From contig JBIIPZ010000002.1 in assembly GCA_044342325.1 (NCBI GenBank), positions 32,001 to 96,000 on the forward strand: 64,000 nucleotides of DNA, in the 5' to 3' direction. The position numbers and the translations under genes were made by a program. Each line of letters begins with the position of its first letter. Position 1 is the stretch's first letter. Positions 57,409 through 64,000 of this stretch are shown here, in pieces. Origin of the DNA: Terrimicrobiaceae bacterium (GTDB lineage: Bacteria; Verrucomicrobiota; Verrucomicrobiia; Chthoniobacterales; Terrimicrobiaceae). The notes beneath the pieces are model-generated. The model saw only the letters and a program-made list of their open reading frames with translations. It made no database searches and had not been told where the DNA came from.

Positions 57409-58956
57409 TTACTCCTGCGGCGCGATGCGTGGAAACAGCGGGACGGGCTCGCCGAGCTGATGGCCCTCCGGGAGCACGCCCCATGCTATGGCTGCGAGGG
57501 AGGCGTCGCCCTGCCAGTTGAGTTGGGAGCGTATGGCATCCGCTTCGCGGGGGATGATCGGTGACATGAGGATCGAGATGATGCGCAGGGACTCGGAGAG
57601 CGTGTAGAGGACCTCGTCGAGTTTATCGGATTGGGCCGGGTCTTTGGCGAGTTTCCACGGGGCGGTTTCCTCTACATAGGCATTGCAGCGGGTCACGATC
57701 TCCATCGCGGCTTCGATGGCGGCCTGGACCTGATAGGATTTCATGGCTGCATCGTAGGCTGTGGTTTTTTCCTGAACGAAGGCGGCGAGAGGGGAGTCCA
57801 TTCGGCGCAGGATGCCGCTGCTGTAGCGCTTGGCCATGCTGAGGGTGCGGTTCAGCAGGTTGCCGAGGCTGTTGGCGAGTTCGGCGTTGTAGCGCTGCTC
57901 GAGTCGCTCGATGCTGAAATCGGCATCGCGTCCGGTGGAGATGTCGCTGAGCAGGTAATACCTCACTGCAGCTTGGCCGTAGCGGGCCACGAGGACTTCG
58001 GGGTCGATGCTATTTCCCAGGCTTTTGCTCATCTTGGCGCCGGAAATGTTCCACCAGCCATGGACGAGCAGCGTGGGCATCTCGGCATCGGTGAAGCCGA
58101 GGGCGCGGAGCATGATCATCCAGTAGATGCCGTGGGGTGGGATAAGGATGTCCTTGCCTATGACATGCAGGGCAGGCCAGCGGGATTTGAAAAGGCTGAG
58201 ATCGGCTCCCGGCTTGGCGTCGTAGCCGGCGAAGCTGATGTAGTTCGAGAGTGCGTCGAACCAGACATAGGTTACAAAGGCGGGATCAAACGGAAGCTCG
58301 ATGCCCCAGGTGAGGCGGGATTTTGGGCGGGAAATGCAGAGGTCTCCGGTGAGTTTCTCCACGGCATTTCGAAGCTCGGCGACGCGGAAATCGGGGACGA
58401 CGAGAGGATTCCCCGCTTGTGTGCGGGAGTCGATGAGGTTGAGCAACCAGTCGCGGTGTTCTGCGAGTTTGAAGTAGTAGTTCTCCTCCTCGATCTCGAC
58501 GACCTCGCCCCACTCGGGGCCGAACTCGCCGTCAGGGCCGCGTTCTTTTTCGGTGAGGAATTGCTCCTGGCGCACGCTGTAGTAGCCGCTTTGCGTGGCT
58601 TTGTAGAATTGGCCTTCGTCCCAGAGTCGCTGCAGCATGCCTTGCACGCAGGATTTGTGCAGGTTCTCCACGGTGGCGGCCCAGGCGTCATGGCTGAGGT
58701 CGAGTTTTTTCCAGAGTTCCACGAAGAGGCTGGTGATTTCGGCAACAAACTCTGCTGGTTCGACGCCTCGCTTCTGGGCGGATTGCTGCACCTTCTGTCC
58801 GTGCTGGTCCACGCCTGTGAGGAAGAAAACCTCGCGTCCGGCAAGGCGCTGGTGGCGGGCGATGGCGTCGGCGAGAACCTTCTCATAGGCGTGGCCGATG
58901 TGCGGCGCGCCATTGGTGTAGTCGATCGCGGTGGTGATGAAGAATGTGTTCGGCAT
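57409..58956 (-). CDS. metG: Methionine--tRNA ligase
   Basis: ITTAIDYTNG.PHIGH, YVWFDAL, IGKDI, KMSKS and LANSLGNL.NR. Confidence 0.97.
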   Translation of the reverse strand: MPNTFFITTAIDYTNGAPHIGHAYEKVLADAIARHQRLAGREVFFLTGVDQHGQKVQQSAQKRGVEPAEFVAEITSLFVELWKKLDLSHDAWAATVENLHKSCVQGMLQRLWDEGQFYKATQSGYYSVRQEQFLTEKERGPDGEFGPEWGEVVEIEEENYYFKLAEHRDWLLNLIDSRTQAGNPLVVPDFRVAELRNAVEKLTGDLCISRPKSRLTWGIELPFDPAFVTYVWFDALSNYISFAGYDAKPGADLSLFKSRWPALHVIGKDILIPPHGIYWMIMLRALGFTDAEMPTLLVHGWWNISGAKMSKSLGNSIDPEVLVARYGQAAVRYYLLSDISTGRDADFSIERLEQRYNAELANSLGNLLNRTLSMAKRYSSGILRRMDSPLAAFVQEKTTAYDAAMKSYQVQAAIEAAMEIVTRCNAYVEETAPWKLAKDPAQSDKLDEVLYTLSESLRIISILMSPIIPREADAIRSQLNWQGDASLAAIAWGVLPEGHQLGEPVPLFPRIAPQE

Positions 58957-58962
58957 GGTGTG

Positions 58963-59301
58963 TCAGGAATCGGTTCTGATTTTTCCGCCCCAGGAGAGGA
59001 TGCGCGCCTTGCCGCCTGCGGCCTCGGCCTCCTTGATCTGGTTGTTGCGGACATGGAAGAGCGACAGGCTGGACCAAGCGAGCATGTCTTGCGGACGCAG
59101 CTTCACGGCTTGCAGGCCGGCTTCCACGGCCTCCGCGTTGCGGCCGTTTTTCATGAGCGACATACCGAGTGCGTGCCAGCCCTCGAAAAAATCGGGATCC
59201 ATCTCGACACAACGGCGGTATTTCTCGATCGCCGCCTCCAGGTCGCCAACAGCGATGTCGCCCGTGGCATCGTCGAAAATCTCGTCGATCTTTTGATCCA
59301 T
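58963..59301 (-). CDS. Small TPR protein
   Basis: GDLEAAIEKYRRCVEMDPDFFEGWHALG... TPR pattern; its start overlaps the upstream stop. Confidence 0.85.
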   Translation of the reverse strand: MDQKIDEIFDDATGDIAVGDLEAAIEKYRRCVEMDPDFFEGWHALGMSLMKNGRNAEAVEAGLQAVKLRPQDMLAWSSLSLFHVRNNQIKEAEAAGGKARILSWGGKIRTDS

Positions 59302-60812
59302 CAGCCTTGGCGGCCCGCTGGCATGGTGATGCGCGCGGCTTCGCGGCTCACACGCAGCCACTCCATGAAGAGGAGGTCGCGTTTGTTGCGCAGCACGCTC
59401 TCACGAATCTGTGACTCACGGGCGCCGAAAGCCATTTGATCGATCGGGCCACGGGTTTGAAGTTGAGCAACGAAAGCACCCCAAGGCGCGCCTTCGAGAT
59501 TCGAAACCTCGCCTTCTTTTAGCAAGAGGGTGGAGCCCGCGATGGCCTGATTCTCGGGGGATGTCGATTCGGCTGCGGCTACGACATTTTTGATTTCCTC
59601 GACTTTGAGTTTCTGCGCCGCTGCTGCATCGGCAAACGATTTTCCTCCGGTCACGGCGGCACGAAGGGCGTTTGCGGCGGATGTCGCGTCGGCGGTGAAA
59701 ATTTGCTCGGCCTTCTGCGCGCGGAGTTGGGCTTCGATACGCGGACGGGCCTCGTCGAGGGTGAGGGGACGGGCCGCATTCAAGGCGGTGACTTCGATGA
59801 TATAGAAGGCATCCCCCGACTGGATCACATCGCTCGTGGCGCCGACTTGTGGAAGAAGGAATGAGGCTCGGGCAATGTTGGACATGGTTTCGGCATCGAG
59901 TGTGGAGGATGATTGGGCTGGATTTCCCGAGCGGTCGAACGCGGTGAGTTTGACGATCTTTGCGCCGGCCTTGGCGGCGAGTTGTTCGAGGGATAATCCG
60001 GCTTGCGCCAAGGAATCTGTAATCCCACTGGCGGCGTTCGCGAGCTTCTGCAGGGCGTCGACCTTTTCCTTGCCCTCGAGCTTTGAGTCGGCTGGAAGCG
60101 CGAAAACCACGCAACGCGCTTCGCGTGTCTCATCCGACACGAGCGCGGACTGGTTCTGCTGGTGGATCGCGGCGACTTCCTCTGGCGTGATCTGGATTTT
60201 TTCAGCGTCCTGCTTGCGTTCGAACTTCACAAAGCTGGCTGTGACGGGTTGAAAAGCCCTCGCCATCGTTTGCATCTCGCCTTCGCCGATGGCGGCGGGG
60301 GCTTCCACGATTTTGCTCAGAGCTTCGAGCCGGAGGGAGTCGCGAATCACATCTTCAAGTTGGCGCTCCGTGAATCCACGCGGTGCGAGTTGCTGGCTCA
60401 CGAACTGGCCGTATTTGAGGGGATCGAATTGCCCAGCGGCTTGAAAAATCGGAATCTCTTTGATGCGATTGGCGACCTGATCGTCAGTCGGTTCGATGCC
60501 GAGTTCGCGCGACTCATGCTGGAGAACCAAGAGGTTCCACACAAACTCTGTGAGCGCCCGATCTTGATCCTGAGAGGTTCCCCCGAGTTTTTGCAGAAGC
60601 TCGAACTGCCCGAGTGCGAGCGTGAGTTGGTAGTTTTTAACCTGACGGTCGATCGCAAGGGGCGTGAGGGACTTTCCGTAAATCGTCGGGTTTTTGATCG
60701 TGGCTAGTTCGTCAAGCTGCGTCGTATTATAAAGAAAAATGAATGCGACGATTGTCAAAACGGCCACCACCAGCATTAGGACTCGCTGATTTTTTCTGAG
60801 AATTTGAATCAT
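59301..60812 (-). CDS. SurA_N/PpiD-like periplasmic chaperone
   Basis: N-terminal TM, 'LGI.PTDDQV...I..IP.FQ..GQFD...Y' and a degenerate parvulin-like region. Confidence 0.8.
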   Translation of the reverse strand: MIQILRKNQRVLMLVVAVLTIVAFIFLYNTTQLDELATIKNPTIYGKSLTPLAIDRQVKNYQLTLALGQFELLQKLGGTSQDQDRALTEFVWNLLVLQHESRELGIEPTDDQVANRIKEIPIFQAAGQFDPLKYGQFVSQQLAPRGFTERQLEDVIRDSLRLEALSKIVEAPAAIGEGEMQTMARAFQPVTASFVKFERKQDAEKIQITPEEVAAIHQQNQSALVSDETREARCVVFALPADSKLEGKEKVDALQKLANAASGITDSLAQAGLSLEQLAAKAGAKIVKLTAFDRSGNPAQSSSTLDAETMSNIARASFLLPQVGATSDVIQSGDAFYIIEVTALNAARPLTLDEARPRIEAQLRAQKAEQIFTADATSAANALRAAVTGGKSFADAAAAQKLKVEEIKNVVAAAESTSPENQAIAGSTLLLKEGEVSNLEGAPWGAFVAQLQTRGPIDQMAFGARESQIRESVLRNKRDLLFMEWLRVSREAARITMPAGRQG

Positions 60813-60867
60813 AAAATTTGATGAAAATATTGATTAACGAGCGGGAAGGTATTAGAGATTCACGCTA

Positions 60868-61608
60868 ATGAAAGCAAGCATCCCCCGTTTCTGGTTCGTG
60901 GCAGCCGCTCTTCTCGTGGCGCCTTTTTCGTTGATGAAGGCTCAGGATGTCATAGTTCAAAAAGATGGTCAGCGGCGCGAAGGCGAGATCACAGGAGTCA
61001 AGGCCGATGCTGTCCGCATCAAGATCGGGCCTGTCGAAACAGCCGTTCAGATGGCGAATGTCCAGTCTGTGGAAAAAGCGGCGCCTGCCGACTTCGACGC
61101 CGCTAATGAACTCTGGCGCGCGGGAAACGCCGCTGGTGCACTGGCCAAGCTCGAGCCGCTCACGCAGAAGTTCAGCGGCCTCCCCACGCCATGGGCCGAG
61201 CGGGCAACCTCCCTGCTCCCCGAGTTGTATATTTCCCAAGGGCGTGCTGCCGACGCGGAGACGGCCTTCAAAAATTTTCAAAAACTCTACCCCGGTTCGG
61301 GATCTTCCTCTGAGCTCCTCCTTGCTCGTCTCGCGATGGCCAGGAAAGATCTTATCACAGCCCGCGCGAAGCTTGCACCGATCGTCGAGGCCGCCAAGCA
61401 AACCAAGTTGCCGGCTGGAACCGACGCCGTGGCTATGAGCCAAGCGCTTTGCCTTATGGCCGAAATTCAGGAAGGCGCCGGTGAAAAATCCGAGGCTCTC
61501 GGAAATTATCTTCTTGTCACAACCATCTTCAAAAACGATCCATCTTCCGCCACTCGCGCCGCAACCCGCGCCGAGGCCCTCGAAAAAGAAAAAGTCATCG
61601 TTCCCTGA
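60868..61608 (+). CDS. Secreted TPR-like protein
   Basis: Signal peptide; N-terminal 'DVI..KDG....G.I' beta motif; helical TPR-like repeats. Confidence 0.7.
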   Translation: MKASIPRFWFVAAALLVAPFSLMKAQDVIVQKDGQRREGEITGVKADAVRIKIGPVETAVQMANVQSVEKAAPADFDAANELWRAGNAAGALAKLEPLTQKFSGLPTPWAERATSLLPELYISQGRAADAETAFKNFQKLYPGSGSSSELLLARLAMARKDLITARAKLAPIVEAAKQTKLPAGTDAVAMSQALCLMAEIQEGAGEKSEALGNYLLVTTIFKNDPSSATRAATRAEALEKEKVIVP

Positions 61609-61631
61609 TTTTCCCAACTCCGCCTAAAACC

Positions 61632-62534
61632 ATGCAAAAAACAAACTCAGTCATCCATCGCATCCTCCCGCTCTTCCTCCTGCTGGCAACCGGCTCCTTG
61701 ACTCACGCCGCGGACAAGCCGCCAGATCAGATGAGCATCATCGAGATGATTCTCCACGGCGGTCCGCTGATCGTGGGAATCTGGTTGTGTATTGTAGGCA
61801 CATCGATGGTTCTTTTCACTTATTGCATTCAGCTCTTCATGACCCTGCGTGCCGAGAACCTCGCGCCAAAGGCCTTGATGGAATCTTTGAAATCCACCAT
61901 TGATGCTGGTAATTACCAAGAGGCTTGGGAAACATGCAAAGCAAACAAGGCTTATGTGGCCAAAGTCCTCCAAGGCACGCTCGAGCGTTTGGGACGAGGT
62001 CAAGATGCGGTTCAAGCAGGATTGATTGAATACGGACTACGCCAATCCCAGCCGATCAAAACAAAAATCAGCTATGTTTCGGTTATCGGAGTTATCGCTC
62101 CCATGATCGGGTTGTTGGGAACGGTTATCGGAATGATGGGCGCGTTCGCGGTCCTCGGTCAGTCTGGCGTGGCCGATCCGCGCGGTCTTGCTCTCCGAAT
62201 CGGTGAAGTGCTCATGGCGACGGCTGCTGGTCTCTTCATCGCTATTCCCGCGTTTATTTTCTATTACTACTTCCGAAATCTCTCCACCATCCGGATCGGT
62301 CTTTCGGATGACAAACTCCTTCATCTCATGTTGGATGTGCCTTACGAGGAGTTGCACGGGATCATCATTGGTGAAGGCGCGGACGGATCCTTCACGCCTC
62401 ACGCTGCTGCTTCTGGCACCTCGCAAAATATCGCGGCAGCCGCCGAGGCGAATTGCCCGGTTTGTAACGGTGCTATCTCTGTTGGAGAAACCCCTTGCCC
62501 TCATTGCGGATCGCCTATTGATTGGGGAACATAA
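61632..62534 (+). CDS. MotA/TolQ/ExbB proton channel with a C-terminal zinc ribbon
   Basis: APMIGLLGTVIGM..AF and I...L.ATAAGLFIAIPA; tail CPVC-x9-CPHC. Confidence 0.92.
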   Translation: MQKTNSVIHRILPLFLLLATGSLTHAADKPPDQMSIIEMILHGGPLIVGIWLCIVGTSMVLFTYCIQLFMTLRAENLAPKALMESLKSTIDAGNYQEAWETCKANKAYVAKVLQGTLERLGRGQDAVQAGLIEYGLRQSQPIKTKISYVSVIGVIAPMIGLLGTVIGMMGAFAVLGQSGVADPRGLALRIGEVLMATAAGLFIAIPAFIFYYYFRNLSTIRIGLSDDKLLHLMLDVPYEELHGIIIGEGADGSFTPHAAASGTSQNIAAAAEANCPVCNGAISVGETPCPHCGSPIDWGT

Positions 62535-62544
62535 TCTCTAAAAA

Positions 62545-63030
62545 ATGTCTGACGCAGCCAATCCCCGCGGAAAGAAAAAACTCGTCCGCAAGCCAGAACA
62601 CGAGCCCGATCCGGAGTTCCAGATCGCTCCCATGATTGATATTCTTCTGGTCTTGCTCGTGTTCTTCATGTCCATCAGCTCGACGGAAGTGCTGCAGTCA
62701 AACAAGGAAATCAACCTCCCCATTGCCAAAGAGGCCAAGGAGGCCAAGGACAATCCCGGTCAGGTTATCATCAATGTGACCTACACAGCCATGAATGGCA
62801 TGACAGCCATCGAGGTGGACCAAAAAGATTATGCCATGCCGGCTGAAATCGTTCCCATTCTTCAAAACAAAGTCAGTTCTAATCCACTCATCCGCGTTCT
62901 CATCCGTGCCGACCGGGAAGTCCGTTATGACTATGTTCGCAAGATTCTTGAGGCCGTTGGACAATCCGGCGTGGGCAATGTAACTTTCTCGGTCGTGGAC
63001 AAAGACGCCACCCCGCCAGCAGCATCCTAA
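62545..63030 (+). CDS. ExbD/TolR family protein
   Basis: FQIAPMIDILLVLLVFFM, INLP and LIRAD. Confidence 0.93.
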   Translation: MSDAANPRGKKKLVRKPEHEPDPEFQIAPMIDILLVLLVFFMSISSTEVLQSNKEINLPIAKEAKEAKDNPGQVIINVTYTAMNGMTAIEVDQKDYAMPAEIVPILQNKVSSNPLIRVLIRADREVRYDYVRKILEAVGQSGVGNVTFSVVDKDATPPAAS

Positions 63031-63098
63031 AAAATCCCCATATTCTAAACGACATGCAAAACATCTACAATTTTTCAACCGGAGGGCTACGCTAAGCC

Positions 63099-63521
63099 AT
63101 GGGTGGAGGTGGTGTATCCGAAGATGGAGATCCGGGCTTCCAAATCGCCCCGATGGTCGATGTGGTATTCGTGCTGTTGCTGTTCTTCATGGCGTCAGCG
63201 GGATCTCAAGTTATTGAAAAAGAGTTAAATATCAGTCTTCCTAGCGGGCGCTCCGCCGGTGCAGCCGGAGGCGTGCCATCGACGCCGATCATTATCGACA
63301 TCCTGCCTGACGGAAAAGTCCAGATGAACAACAAAATCTATGATTCTCCGCAGAGCCGGGAACTCCCCGAGCTTAGGAATTGGCTCAAAGAGACGATAGC
63401 CAAGTTTGGTGACAAGGATCCCGTGATTCTCCGGCCCGATCCTATGACGACGCACGAGCGCGTCATGGATGTGCTTAACGCGGCATCGGCATCCGGCGTT
63501 ACCAAACTCTCGTTCAGCTGA
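63099..63521 (+). CDS. Second ExbD/TolR family protein
   Basis: FQIAPMVDVVFVLLLFFM, ISLP and VILRPD....H..V..VL. Confidence 0.93.
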   Translation: MGGGGVSEDGDPGFQIAPMVDVVFVLLLFFMASAGSQVIEKELNISLPSGRSAGAAGGVPSTPIIIDILPDGKVQMNNKIYDSPQSRELPELRNWLKETIAKFGDKDPVILRPDPMTTHERVMDVLNAASASGVTKLSFS

Positions 63522-63530
63522 CGCTCGGCC

Positions 63531-64000
63531 GTGCGCGGCGCAAGGCATTCTTCGAACTCTCGCCGAAGAGTGCTTATCATCTTGTTTTTTTGTGCACTGC
63601 TCGCAGGTGCTGTGGTGTTCCTTTCCATCCAGATCGGACGCTTCGTCCACAGTCCGGATTTTTCCCACTTCATAGCCTCCCGCGCCGGAGCGGCATTGAA
63701 AGCGGAGGCCACGCTCCAACCCCTGCGATGGGATGGAGATTCCGCGCTCAGTGAGAGTTTGATGCTCATCGGCCGCGAGTCGGCTGCGTTGGATCGATTG
63801 GAAGCCAAAGGTCTGCGTGCCGAATGGAACTGGCGCGCCCTGCTCGCGGGGGCTTGGAAAATCGAAAATATCGAGATTCAGGCCCTCTTGGCCGCATTCA
63901 AATTGGAAACCGGAGCCGCACCGGACGACGCACCTCGCGACGATTCCAAGAAACCGGCGGCCCCTTCGTTTCTGGCCTCGTGGCTTCCCTCCCGCTTCGA
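63531..64000 (+). CDS. 3'-truncated membrane-anchored protein, AsmA-like N-terminus
   Basis: My translation from GTG 63531 gives MRGARHSSNSRRRVLIILFFCALLAGAVVFL...LRAEWNWRALLAGAWKIENIEI. It is absent from the ORF track, presumably because it runs off the window end. Confidence 0.6.
   Translation, partial: MRGARHSSNSRRRVLIILFFCALLAGAVVFLSIQIGRFVHSPDFSHFIASRAGAALKAEATLQPLRWDGDSALSESLMLIGRESAALDRLEAKGLRAEWNWRALLAGAWKIENIEIQALLAAFKLETGAAPDDAPRDDSKKPAAPSFLASWLPSRF

Noticed and set aside
57631..59439. 602-aa plus-strand ORF
   Set aside because: Antisense shadow of metG and the TPR gene.
63054..63095. 13-aa mini-ORF MQNIYNFSTGGLR in frame with the second exbD
   Set aside because: Too short and has no SD of its own; the GGAGG inside it is more simply the exbD ribosome-binding site.

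Overview
Gene-dense, moderately high-GC bacterial chromosomal window. It is very likely Verrucomicrobiota, inferred from an intact Amuc_1102-1101-1100-1099-1098-type pilus/secretin cluster. Most of it is housekeeping: typA, ilvN-ilvC, dinG/yoaA-radC-lpxA, gcvT-H-P, copA, rpmB, rodA-galE-lptD-ugd, ispE, pyrF, glnD, metG and exbB-exbD-exbD, plus two two-component clusters and an MdtNOP-like efflux set. Four small accessory modules with no visible mobility genes sit between housekeeping genes. (1) A polyvalent-type kinase-like ORF plus a DUF3800 gene whose stop codon lies inside a compact multi-stem RNA structure; this is the best candidate for an uncharacterised protein+ncRNA system. (2) A small-protein/nucleotidyltransferase pair inserted between gcvH and gcvP. 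(3) An Avd-like four-helix-bundle/Zn-finger gene carrying two long palindromes built from GATC at a strict 9-bp period. (4) An XRE + ImmA/IrrE pair with a palindromic operator. The pilus cluster has two tandem, diverged secretins with low-GC segments. I saw no tRNA, rRNA, CRISPR array, transposase or integrase. All family assignments come from motif recognition by eye; no searches were run.
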